This document shows, one piece after another, positions 24,610 through 37,000 of a stretch of DNA of 64,000 bases (position 1 is its first letter; each line of letters opens with the position of its first letter). The DNA lies in NCBI GenBank assembly GCA_030324005.1, contig JARDVH010000150.1, positions 27,968,221 to 28,032,220 of the forward strand. The letters run 5' to 3'. Made by a program: the position numbers and the translations under genes. The notes beneath the pieces are model-generated. The model did no database searches. It had not been told where the DNA came from and saw only the letters and a list, made by a program, of their open reading frames with translations. The DNA is from Negaprion brevirostris. Taxonomy: Eukaryota.

Positions 24610-25565
24610 TCACAGAAACTAGAAGCAGGAGCAAGCCATTCGGCCCTTTGAGTCTGCGCTGTTATTTATTACAATCATAGCTCATCATCAAATTCAATGA
24701 GCTGATCTGCCCTTCCCCCCCATATCAACCCCAGGACCTACATCTAATTTCTTTTTGAAATCAGCTACTTTCTGTGCTAGTGAATTTCACACATTCACCA
24801 CTCTCTGGGTGAAGAAATTTCTCCTCAACTCAGTTCTAAAAAGTTTACCCCTCCTTATCATGAAACCATGACCCCTGGTTCCGGACTCCGCTGCCATCAG
24901 GAACATTCTTTCTGAATCTACTCTGGCTAACCCTGTTAGGATGGTATAAGTTTCTATGCAATCCCTTCTTACTCTTCTGAACTCCAATGCACACAATTTA
25001 AACCGACTTAGTCTCTCACGTGACAGACCTGCCATCCCAGTAAACCTTTGCTGCACTCCCTCTATAACAAGGGCATCCTTCCTCAGACAAGGACACCAAA
25101 ACAACACACAATACTCCAGGTACGGCCTCACCAACACCCTTTACAATTGCAATAAAACATTCCTACTCCTGTACTCAAATCTTCTTGCTATGAAGGCCAA
25201 CATACTGTTTGCCTTCTTTACTGCCTGCTGCACCTGTGCGCTTCCTTTCAGCGACTGATGTACGAGGCCACCAAATTTTCACTAAGCACCCATCTCTCTC
25301 AATTTACAGCCATTCAAGTAATAATCTGTCTTCTTATTATTGCTAACAAAGTGGATAATCTCACATTATTCACATTATACTGCATCTGCCATGCAAATGC
25401 CCACTCACTCAACCTGTCCAAATCATGCTGAAACATTTCTGCATCCTCCTCACAGCTCACCCTCCCTCCATACTTTGTATCATCTACAAATTTGGAGATA
25501 ATAACATTCAGTTCCCTCTTCCAAATCATTATATAATGTGAACAGTTGGGGACCTAGCAAGATAT
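24610..25565 (-). mobile_element. CR1 LINE (HER1-like), 5'-truncated ORF2 plus 3' UTR
   Basis: ISKFVDDTK, LVRPYLEYCVLFWCP, QRFT, RRNFFTQRVVN motifs. Confidence 0.92.
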
Positions 25566-25589
25566 CCGTGGAAACTTATTGACTGCTAT

Positions 25590-25986
25590 CCCTGACACAA
25601 ATACTCGATCCTTCCAGCACCAAGAAAAGATTGCAGCCTTGTGCACCATCCATAAGATGCACTGCAGGAACTCACAGGGCTCCTTAAGCAGCATGTTCCA
25701 AGCCCATGACAACTACCATCAGCAGATACCTGGGAACACCACCACCTGGAGGATCCCCCTCCAAGTTACTCACCATCCTGACTTTGAAATATATCACCAT
25801 TCCTTCGCTGTCGCTGAATCAAAATCCTGAATTCCCTCCCTGGCAGCACCGTGGGTGTACCTACATCTTAGGGACTGCAGCGGTTCAAGAAGGCATTGCA
25901 CTACCACCTTCTCAAAGGCAACTAAGAGTGGGCAATAATTGCTGGCCTAGTCAGCAGTGCCCACAGACCATTCATGAATTTTAAAA
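25590..25986 (+). mobile_element. 3' end of a second LINE family (tail shared with the SINE at 410-592)
   Basis: caccatccataagatgcactgc...ggactgcagcggttcaagaaggca...gcccacagaccattcatgaattttaaaa; a related copy lies at 39830-40212. Confidence 0.7.
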
Positions 25987-25989
25987 ATA

Positions 25990-28320
25990 TTACACAGCAA
26001 AGAGAAGAATATGCCAAAATGTGTCTGTGCCAGAACATAACCCTAATTGTCCCCACGGCAGATTTTAAAGGGTTCCAATGTTGCTCCGTCATAGCTAACC
26101 TAACCAATACGTCATAGAAAGGGGAAAGCATATTGAGCATTTTTGACAGTCGGTTTTCTCCAGCAGCTTAAGTAGACTGCCTCTGCTCACATCGTTGAAC
26201 GCCTTAGTGAGATCAACGAAGGTATTGCATCATGGTCAATTCTGTTGATGATATTTCTCTTGCAATGGCCAGACTGAGAAAATCATGTCAATCATAGAGC
26301 CTCCAGTTCTGAAACCCACACTGGCTTTCAAGCTAGATGCATTCAGCTGGGATCTGCAGTTTGAGAAGGGCAACATAGGCAAATATTTTTGAAATGAAAC
26401 TCAGCAGGGAAATATCTCATAGTTACAATCGCTGTGGTCACATTTGTTCTTGTAAAAGGTAATAATCTTTGCATCACGCATGTCCTAAGGAATTGCTTCC
26501 TCCTTTTAGTAGGTGAAGAATTTTGTGCAGCTATTGCAGGCATGCCAGTTTCCCATGCTCGATGAATTCACACTGGAGGTATGTCCATGACAAGCAAGAC
26601 AATAGCCTTGACAAATTTCTCCACTGTGGGTTCAATTTCCAGCTCTGCCATGACAGGCAGGCTTTCAATGGTGTTTAGAACTTCCTCGGTGACAGTGTTC
26701 ACACTGCAATGTTCGACCTATCTCTTCAAATGTCTACTGCAGTCAGTAATCACCAGCTTGGCCTGTGTTTTTGATACAGCTGATTTCTTTGCTGTGGACC
26801 TGTTGCCTTTTTGATTCCTTTATACCTGCCCCTAGTATTTTCATACAGTAGAATCCCTACAGTGCAGAAAGAGGCCATTTGGCCCATCGAGTCTGTGCTG
26901 TCAACAATCCCACCAAAGCCCTATCCCAATTATTTACTCTGCTAATCCCCCTGACACTAAGGCAATTCAGCATGGCCAATCCATCTATTTTCTGTGTCAA
27001 AAGACATTTGGATATTCAGGCAAAGTTGTAACCAATAATAAATGGTGTGTAGGGTTACAGGGATAGGGCCTGGGTAAGATATTCAGGTAAGAGTCGTTGT
27101 AGACTTGATGGGTCAAATGGCCTTCTGCATTGTAGGGATTCTATGCTAATAATTGGTGCTCTGCTGGACTTACTTCAAGTGGCTTTGTGAATTCAGAAAC
27201 TTCCAGCTCAGATCTCTCTTGTAATTTATGATAGTGGGCCATTTGGCTTCAATTGGAAGTTCCATCACGAATGATGTTAGCCTCAAGCCAGTCAGCATTT
27301 TTCCACACTCAATGTGTTGAGACTGCAGTATTTAGATGGTGTTTTGACATATGTTCCTGTCTAGCATGTGTTATTGACCAGCTGCAAGTCCTCTGTCAAT
27401 CCTATGCACATAGTTCTGACATTCCAGTTTACCGACTAAAGAGTTAGTATCATCTTTATCTTTTTGTTTCATTTGCTTGCCTGGTGCAAAGGCACTTGTC
27501 AAGCAGAGACTCTTAAGCTCCAAGCACCCACTGAAACAGCTGCATGATTGCAGGTTAGTACATTACTAGTCAGGGGCTGCCCAACTTTGGTGGCTGACCG
27601 GTGTGGTACAATAGTCCTTCCCACCATTGGAGACAACCGTGGCACCTATTTTCTACACCAACTGAGTTGGGCTTACTCTTTCATAACTACTGCATTAAAG
27701 CTCTGCAGTAAAACCATAATGTCCTCTCCAGGCTTCAAGTCTCTACAAAATTTATAGAGACTCTGAGTTGCCCAAACATCAGGATCACCCTCTTGATCGC
27801 CACAGTTGAGTCCAAAAGTACATAAAGCACATTTGGCACTGGCTTGGTTGCAGGAGTTGATGGAAAGGTTATATATTGAGCCCAAGTCATTCCTTATAAG
27901 TACACGGCATCTCCATTGGCAAGTCCTCAGCTTCCTTATGGCGACACATGGAAATTGGGTCCGTCATGGTACCAGACTAAAGTTTCAGAGGGACTCAAGA
28001 GATTTGGACTCTCAGATGTGCAGTGTACAGAACCACTGGCACGTGGGCAGGCCCTGACATTCATCAACCAAACTCCCAACTATCAGCTAATAACTCCACT
28101 GCCTTTTGGACACCCCAGGATAATAGAAGGCTAAGGTTATAAACCCTGACAAAAAACCTGGATTGAGTCCAACAGCAGACTGATGCATCGATATAATGCA
28201 AATTCCAACGCTCTGGACAGTGAAGGCTGTGTATGTAACTGAAGCACATAGGTTTAACTCTCATCCAATTTTCTACCTCACCCATGTCAAAGAGAACTAC
28301 AAAGTCTTGACTAGTTTCTG
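25990..28320 (-). mobile_element. Decayed RTE-clade LINE (APE-RT), with SINE/CR1 pieces inserted at about 26845-27146
   Basis: Minus strand 26130-26335 reads LESQCGFRTGGSMIDMIFS..LQEKY..QN...FVDLTKAFNDVSR, a typical RTE RT motif, with stop codons. Confidence 0.8.
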
Positions 28321-28556
28321 TTGTATACCCTTGTCTGTCAATATACTGGCGTCTAAAGGATTGTAAAAGACCAACTGCCTATTTGGTNNNNNNNNNNCCA
28401 GGATCCATAACTTAGCCAGTTTTACTTGAGTTAGGTCAGTCAACATTTAAGAAATAAAACTTATGTAGGCAACATCTGTATTGTTGTTAGACATTTACAG
28501 ATGTTTACATGTTTCAAACTCAAGAAATTCCAATTGCTTCCAGCCGTGTTACATAC

Positions 28557-28690
28557 CGTATGACTAACTGTGCCTGTAGAACTGTTGGTAGATGGAGTCT
28601 CTTCGTCTGACGTGCTGTTCAAGGTTACAGAAGAAGCTGTGATACCTTCCTCAGTTTGTTTGCTCACACCATTGGTGCCACTGCTGGCAA
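28557..28690 (-). CDS. RANBP3: RANBP3 coding exon VASSGTNGVSKQ...TGTVSHT
   Basis: attccag acceptor and ACG|gtatgt donor; 134 nt, phase 1 to 0. Matches human VPSSGTNGVS. An alternative in-frame donor would end the exon at 28569. Confidence 0.9.
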
Positions 28691-30629
28691 CTGGAATATA
28701 CACAAATAATATTTCAATTAGATTCAAATGAGCTGCTCTCAGTTTTGAATTACTTGAAAAAGGACAGTTATCAGGATATGGCTGGAAGATAAGGCTATAC
28801 ACATATGCAGCATGTTCAGTACTGCATTTCCAGGTGATCCATCCATTTCACAAGACAGAATGTTGGCACACACAACAGAAGCAATCTAAAACTGGGAAGC
28901 AAATTCCTCAGATTAGATTTAGTAAATAAAATGGATCTTCTGTAATACAAGAGATTGGACTGCAAATACTTGTAGAAATGCTCAGTTAGAGAAGATATTT
29001 TCTTACACAAACTCAACTGATTAAGTACTTTGAAGTAATGTTGGTATGTCGGTTACAGCAGAAAGTTTTCAGTTAGAATTTGCTATGGTCACAGCTTATC
29101 CTCCATTTTTAATTATTTCAATTTCCTTGAAGTTGCTAAAACTGTAGAAACAATCATCATCCTGGACAGCCTCACAGCGTAACAATAGCCACATAAACCA
29201 ACAATAAGTATGGGAAGGTAAAGTGAGCCCTGCCTCCTCCATAACAACAAAGTTTCACACGACCTCATTTAATGCTGTCCAACCCCTTTTTACTTTAATT
29301 TCAGCCTCAGTAGTTTATAAAGCACGCTTTAAAACTGATACCAAGTTTTGCTGAAAACCTGACATGGGCAACTAACTGGAATCACCATTTCACAGGTGTT
29401 TATCTGATGTTACATGCTCCTATTCCAGTGTCATTGAGCTAGCAAGAACAGCTTTGTTGAATTTACCCAGTATTTCTTCTGTGACTCCCACTTTGGAGAG
29501 TGTCCTGGATACTCAGTACCAAGGAAATTTAGTGAGCAGTTCGGGAGCGTGCCGTTCTGCAGCCTTTCTGTACTCCCAGCTGCAGGATTATAGTTGAAGG
29601 GCAGAACTGTCAAGGAGGAAATATAGGGAAAGTCAAGACATTTACAGTTTGGGTAGGTGATATTTCTCATCTAACCAAGCAACCCAAATTGTAATCCAAG
29701 AAATATCCTTCAAAGTAAACCTTTACCTAGCTGTGTACTGTTAAAAGCCAAAAGAAAATGACTTCCTTATTAAAGCTCAAGGGTTTAGATGTTTATAGCG
29801 ACTAATGTGCATTTCATTTTCTCAACTAAGAAGTACTTCAATCGAGAAGATGATGGGTCAAGCTTATGACATGGAAGAATCACTAAATTTTAGTCCACAG
29901 CATCACCAAGAGGTTGTTAAAAACATTAAGCTGAAAGCAAAGATTCAGGTTTCAATTTCCAAATGGGATTCGTTACAAAATTTAAAATTTTTGATAAATA
30001 TCTGCAATGACTATTTATAATTGGTTATTACCTACGCACCTAGCAAGATGACAAGTAGGGGTGTGTTGTTTTGGTCACTCTTGCTGAAGACTGACATATT
30101 GGAAAGGTTTCAGAGAAAAATGGCCAGGATAATTCCTACCCTTATGGCACTAAACATGCAATGTTTAGTTAAACATCTTTGGTGTTCACTGACGAAAAGA
30201 TTGAGGAATATATAAGACGGGTCTTTAAATTAATGAGCCACACAGAATTGGAAAATAAATGCACATGCCTCAAGCAAAGTTAGAAATTAGGAGTAAATAA
30301 ATTCCCGAGGATAGTGAACATGTGTAACAAATGTCTAATTTTGAGGGTGGTGGAGGGGCTGAGGCTCACTCTTAAACAAGAGCCGGATCTGTAGAAAGGG
30401 CATTGAGTATTGCTGAGATATTAATAGGTTTGTTTATATTTTTTCAAGGAAATGTAAAGAAAGTAAAGAAAGCATTCTTTAAGTTAGGTAAGATGACAGT
30501 GGTTGTGCTGAACAACAGACTCTCAAAGCAGCTTTGATGAAACAACTGTATTTGACTCAGATTTTTGGGTATTCATTATCAGTAAAATCATTCTTTATGT
30601 AGAGGATTGAGAGAACATGGAATACTTTG

Positions 30630-30815
30630 CTAGACAGAAATGCTCAGCAGGTCTGGCAGTATCTGTGGAGAAAGAGAAAACAGGGTTGCTTTAGATCTGT
30701 GGCCCTCCATCAAAACTGATGAAAGATGACAGACTTGAAATATCAGCTCTGTTTAAGTCTCCACTGAATATTGCCAGGCATACTAAGTATTAATAACATT
30801 TTCTGTTTTTATTTT
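30630..30815. mobile_element. Inverted pair of Penelope-like termini with hammerhead-like core
   Basis: ctcagcaggtctggcagtatctgtggag ... CTGATGAAAGATGACAGACTTGAAATATC ... cattttctgtttttatt. Confidence 0.55.
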
Positions 30816-33800
30816 GACTTTACAAGAAATAATAATTGAGGTAGAGATCAAGGAAAAAATAGATACATCACTGAAACAACAGAACACTGGGGCTTCACAA
30901 TTATGTTTTGATTTTTCTAATGAAGAACCAGCACAGACAAAATGGGCTGAGTTACTTCATTCTGAGCTGTAGTTTCCTACATCAAGGACCGCACTGGCTG
31001 TAAAGGATGCTGGGGCATCAAGGTTATGAAAAGTGCAATATGAATGCAAGCTTTTCTTTTTCTCTGTCTCTGTAAACTTCCATGACTACTAGTAAATCAT
31101 AGTATGGGAATTCAGACTCAACATAAGCATGATCCTATCCCTTTCATCATATTAACTTTCCTAACTGGTATGTGCATCTTTGACGTAAAGCTCTGAATCT
31201 TGGTTATTTAAGCTAAGTTTCATTCTTTAATGCACAATTTCTGTAAATTCTTCTCAAACAGCTATATCCCCATTCTACAACTGTTCACAAACAGCTCAGT
31301 CACACAAAAATTAAAAGCATACATTTAGTTTAGTCTGTACTAGCATGAGCTGCCACAACAGAATACTACAAAACATGCACATATATACCCGACATTGCAC
31401 AAACTTGAGACTCCTCTGATTGAAAAACAAAGAGCAGACAAATCCAGTAAAACTAATTATAGCATTTATTGGCTTTGATTCAGATTGTTAAGTTTGCCAG
31501 AACATGGCTAAATGTACTGCAAGAGGTTCTGTATTTTTCTCAAAGAATGAGACATCAACGTTGCAAAACTAATTGCACTCAAGCATGCTCCATCGCCCTC
31601 ATGCCATTTGTCGTCAGAAACTTACACAGAAATATTTACATGGACAACAGCAAGCAACTTTCCAAAGCCATTGGATACACGCAGAGGGAAATTATAACTG
31701 AATGAGTTTTGTAAAGTGAACACTGAAAAGGACACCCAGAGCCTACTCTTGACTGGACACAAATCATAACTGGATGGATGGTCACATTGCAGTTTCACCA
31801 CACCAGGATACACTACTTACACGGGATTGCATAGGATATACACAAACATGCCAATTGGCCCCTTCAGCTTCAGGTCCATCAATGATAAGAATTACATAAA
31901 TAATATTATAAAAAGCATGGCTGATGCTTCAGAATCCCCAATTAACCAAAGGTTCTGAGGCTACGTTGTGAAAGATGTAGGAACTTCAGCTGTAATTCGC
32001 TATTAATATGCCAGTAGACCAATGTCGTTCTGTTGCATATGAAACATGGACAAGCTAAGTATTTTTTCATGTATGAAACACCAAAATACAGAATCTTTGG
32101 GCGAGGACAACATTCCTATACAACACACTCAACATGCGCTATACAGAATTCTAAACCAAGTAGCACATTCATGGATATAAGTCCCATTTTTCTCCTCTGC
32201 ATAAATATGTTCACCAACATTTCAAGAAAATGAGTCTATCAAGATTCAGATTCAATCCTGCAGGTGTAAATTGTTGCACATCACTCCATCCAATGAAGAA
32301 TTACAGAGATGGCAACAAGAAATGAACAAATGTGCAAAAAGGCAAACTACCTATTAAGACTGGCAAAATGCTACACCAATGAAAGCTTTGCCATAAACCA
32401 TAACATTGGTTGATAACAATCAGTACTGATCCATGCAATGAATGTCCATCATCTCCAGATCAACAGACTATATTGTGAGGATCTTTGAAAAAATATTTAA
32501 TTTATACAATATGCAACTTATACTTTAACATATTCACAATCACTAAACAGGATTAGGAGCAACGCTTTGCTATCAGAGAAAGTGAGTTTGGGAACTTACA
32601 AGAAATTCTGAAATTTTGAAACAAGAGGCCATAGCATGGCCTGAAGTGTATTCAAATTCCTCTCTTCATTCTTCAATTTTCATTTTATTGAGCACTGTTT
32701 TTCCCTCTACTTTTTCTCATTTCGTCCCCAATTTCATTACTTCTTTTACTGGTTTTCAGTGTTATTTTCTCTTTTGGATCCTGTTTTACCATTTATCTTT
32801 GATTCTATTGATTTCACTTGTTATAATTCTTTAATTCTTCATCTTACAAAAATGTCCACTACTCATTCCTTTTATCCTCTTTGCTTTTTACTGCATTGTG
32901 TTGATTTTCTTCTTTTTCAAAGCCTGCAGGGATACAAAGTCTCCTCCACCAATTACAGCTGCCAAGGCATCAACAACAGCTGCCCTTGCTCCTACTGTGA
33001 ATTGAGAACCCCAAGCACAAGGATCATTTAAGTCCAGCATAAGTTACTGCCAGTGAAAGGAATGTGCTAGGGGATGAGAGTAGCGCACATACATTTGCGA
33101 AAAGCAAGCATATCATTTGGAGCTTGCAGATAGATGAAAATAATACATCTCTTGCCCTCACTGAGGGCTATACCACGTGTCCACGATTCAACTAACTGCA
33201 GCACAATCCAGGGTGTTTTTCTTATGCATGTTATAATAATGATGGTAATTCAGAGCCCTGCACTTCATGTTGTTTTTAGGTGGTCCAATCTTTCCCATAT
33301 GTCCAATGATAGTTGGCTTACTGGTTAGGCCCTGGTTCCTAAGCACAGTATAAATGAAATTTTCTTTATGGTAGTTCACGTAGATTCTCCAGTGGTTTAA
33401 GTCTGAATCCTGGCTTTGTAAAGGGCGGGTTTCCCCTGGATGCTGTTTAAGGTATGTCAGCTGTTGAGTCGACTAGATGAACAGTCTGTGTGTCAATGAA
33501 GGTTAAAGGTACATTCCCCTACAATTTAAAATTTTAATAGGGTCAATCTCAAAAATAATCCTGGCCTTAGCTTAACAAAATAAGGTTCATTGGTGCTTTC
33601 ATCAACATCAATCCTTTGCAGGAGGATGGCTTGAATGTTAATAGTGGGAAAGGAGTTGTGAGAAAAGGAAAGGAAAAAAAGAGCACAGAATGGAAAAATT
33701 TGGGAGTTTCCAACTCCAGCTGACTTAGCTGGAATTGGGAACATGGAACATTTCAGAGTGAGCCAATCCTGACCATTGGCAAGACTCAACATAAAGACCA

Positions 33801-33996
33801 ATGAAAAAAATATTTCTACTAAAGCAAACATCTCAAAATTTGAATTCATACTTCAGGTGAGGATTAGTCTGAGGATTACATTTAAAGTTGATGAAAATTG
33901 TAAGGGGAATGCAACTTTAACAGCATATGCAGACTGGCAACAAAACTTCCGAGAGGTTAGACAGTAGAAAGAGGAATTGCAGTTCCAACCAGTTAC

Positions 33997-34089
33997 CGTT
34001 TTGTGTAAAGGACTTCGGCTGGGGTGGCTGCAGGACAGCTGGACGTAGGACGCTCCGCTGCTGCTCCTTGGACTTCTGACTAGGAAGAC
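33997..34089 (-). CDS. RANBP3: RANBP3 coding exon GLPSQKSKEQQRSVLRPAVLQPPQPKSFTQN
   Basis: cttgcag acceptor and gtaact donor; 93 nt. Near-identical to human GLPSQKPKEQQRSVLRPAVLQAPQPK. Confidence 0.97.
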
Positions 34090-37000
34090 CTGCAAGACCA
34101 AACAACTGATTTTACATCACCTCAGCTTTGTTTTTATTCAAGCATGCTGCTTTGAATAAAGCTGCAATTCTAGTATAGTACAACACTGTGTTGTAATGTT
34201 AAGGAGAACTGTTCCAAAACAGTCACTCCTCCTATTGAACAATGTTTGGGTACAGATCCTGCTGCTAAAAAGCAAAACAGGGACAGCGTGCAACTTGCAA
34301 CACTGAATGATGAATTTTACTGGCAGAAAAGCATCTCTTGCCAATCTACACAACCTCTAGCCAGGTACATTTCCACAAGGTAAGGAAAGCTGCAAGTAGA
34401 GGCAAGCTTAATACGGGAGATTGAGCAATGATGCCCTGTGCTGATTAGCAAGATGTTTAAACATCAGCATTGTAGTTTAATACCAAAATGACGCCTAATA
34501 GAGAAGAGGAGGCAGTCACTGCTATCATACAAGAGTTCAGAAACTGAAGATTTAACCCTCTAGTATCTGCAACATTGAAGCTTCCCCCTCCATGGTTATC
34601 AAAATGTCGCAGACAAACAAACAGTACAAGTTTATGGCAACTGCAAAGTGATTCACCAATGTATATCACAAAGTAAGTGGTCAAATGACCATGTCAAAAT
34701 GTGGAACAAGATTATGCATGTGATCATCGTCTGCAGTATAATCTATTAGTATGGGAACGAGCAAGGTTCCAAATACTTACCTCTGTAATACAATTCCAGC
34801 TCACTACAGTTTCTGCTGTAGGAATTGCCACAATAGAAATAAAAACTGCGCAACACATTGCATTATAACATGGTGAACGCAGAGGATGTGCTTCAATTTG
34901 TGAATACAATGGCATCAGATTTTTCAGCCAACCTTTAAAATGGACTTCAGAACCCTATTTGATATGCAAGAGGTGCTCTTCTTCAAAGACTGCAGCCCTG
35001 AATCTCCCTTAAGGTATTCAACAGACACAGCCATATTTCAGTTCCATTAGTGAAATTGAATGCACGAACAGCAGCAACTAATTCCTTACGACAAACTCAT
35101 TTTTAAAGCATTTTAATTGGAGTCAACATCAAATTCAAATGGGCTTGGTTGTTTACATCAAATAATTATTTCTATGGTGCAATAACTGCTGTGAACATAA
35201 TACAGCAGTATGACATTCTACCCAAAACCCAAAAAAGCATTATAAAACAAAGATTCCACATTCTTTGTGATCAAGTCACCAAAATCCTACACAAATTTAC
35301 ATATGCCTGAATTACAACATAGAACAACATCTGAACTACTTTAACGACAACTTGCATTCATGCTTTCCAACCCACACCTCACATGCTTTCCACCTCAGAA
35401 GCTACATGGTAACAAAATATATCAATTTTTATGTTTTAAAAATGAAGCCCATTTTTAAAACTGCTCTGCACATAACCAAAGTATACTTTACTGACATTTT
35501 CAAAAGATGTTGATAGAAATTACAACAGACACAGCTCATTTAGCCTGCTCTGCTTGTGTTGGCACCAGCACTTCACCAGGAACTACCTCTTCTAATCTAG
35601 CCTGTGTCCTTTCATACTGTTTCTTTTCAAATGCTTATTTAATCTTATTTTAAATCAAGTTATGCTGTTTGCTTCAACAATAATGTGATTATGCATTCCT
35701 TGCCCTAATATGCGAAAAGAATTCTAGTGATAATGAATCCAACTCCATAACAATTTACTAATCACTGAAAATAAGATATTAATTTACCTTTACAACACCT
35801 CTTATCATTTTGAAAATCCAGATTACATTCCTCATAACTCTCCCAGGTCAAAAGCCCCATTTTGAGTTTTCCTTCATAAATACGAATAAATTCCCATATA
35901 ATTCTTTGTTCGCTCTTTTCATATCTGTACTATTGTTTCTATGAGGTGTCCAGAACTGCCCAATGATCATTTCATACAGGGCTTGGAACTCTTATTGTTC
36001 ACAATATTTGTGAAAGATATTGACTGGACTCCAGTAGTAGCTGATAACACAAAGATAAGTAAGCAGGTAATAACAGAATGATTATCTTCAAATGGTCTCT
36101 GGCTGAAATGTGTCAAGTCACATTTTATTTAGATACATATCAGAGAATGGATATAGCAGGAGATTTCAGCAAACATATAAAACNNNNNNNNNNNNNNNNN
36201 NNNNNNNNNNNNNNNNNNNNNNNNNNNNNNNNNNNNNNNNNNNNNNNNNNNNNNNCCCCCCCCCCGCGCGGAGAGAGAGAGGAGGAGGAGGCGGCAGGCA
36301 GGCAGACAGCATCCAAATTTATCTTTAGATCGGGGAAGTCAAAACACAAACAGCTCATGATGCCCACCAGTTGTAGAAGACACCGAATGAATCAGTGGAC
36401 ACTGCATTCAAAGTTATTTGGAAAGAATCAAATGGGAAATATAGGCACCTGATGAACTTATAGAATTTGGATCTGTACCTGGTCTAAAATTTGCCAGGCT
36501 GAGAAGTAGGCGTAGGAGGATCACCATTCTGCTCATTGTGAGACCACAGAGGCCAAAAATGAAAAGAATTTAGCTTATTAATCATATCCCAAAGCAGATA
36601 TTTAGTATAAGGCAGTCACCAGTAAGCAAAATCGTTTACTACATCGCACCTGGGGGATGCTGGACTACAAGTCCAGATGTTATACTTGTACAAATCAACA
36701 CTGAAACCAATTCTGAAGTAACTTTTTTTAAATGGCTACCTCAAACTCCACACAGATATATTTGAAAGGATTCAGGTAGCAGTGCTCATAAGGATTTCAG
36801 GAAGAAGGCAGTTAAATAATAAAGAAAGATTTAAGCTACTAAAATGTTTTTTGTTGAAAATTTTGTTTAGAAGGGTCTTGATGCAGGGGTCTTCAAAATA
36901 ATTGGTAATGTAATGTTGGAGCTTTTGAAATATGGATAATCAGCATAAAACTGGAGCACAGAAGAGCAAAATTCAAACATCTCAGGTAAGACTACTGGAA

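Noticed and set aside
30716-30750. Active hammerhead ribozyme (CTGATGA...GAAA intact)
   Set aside because: Stem II is mismatched and stem I cannot pair, so it is treated as a fossil.
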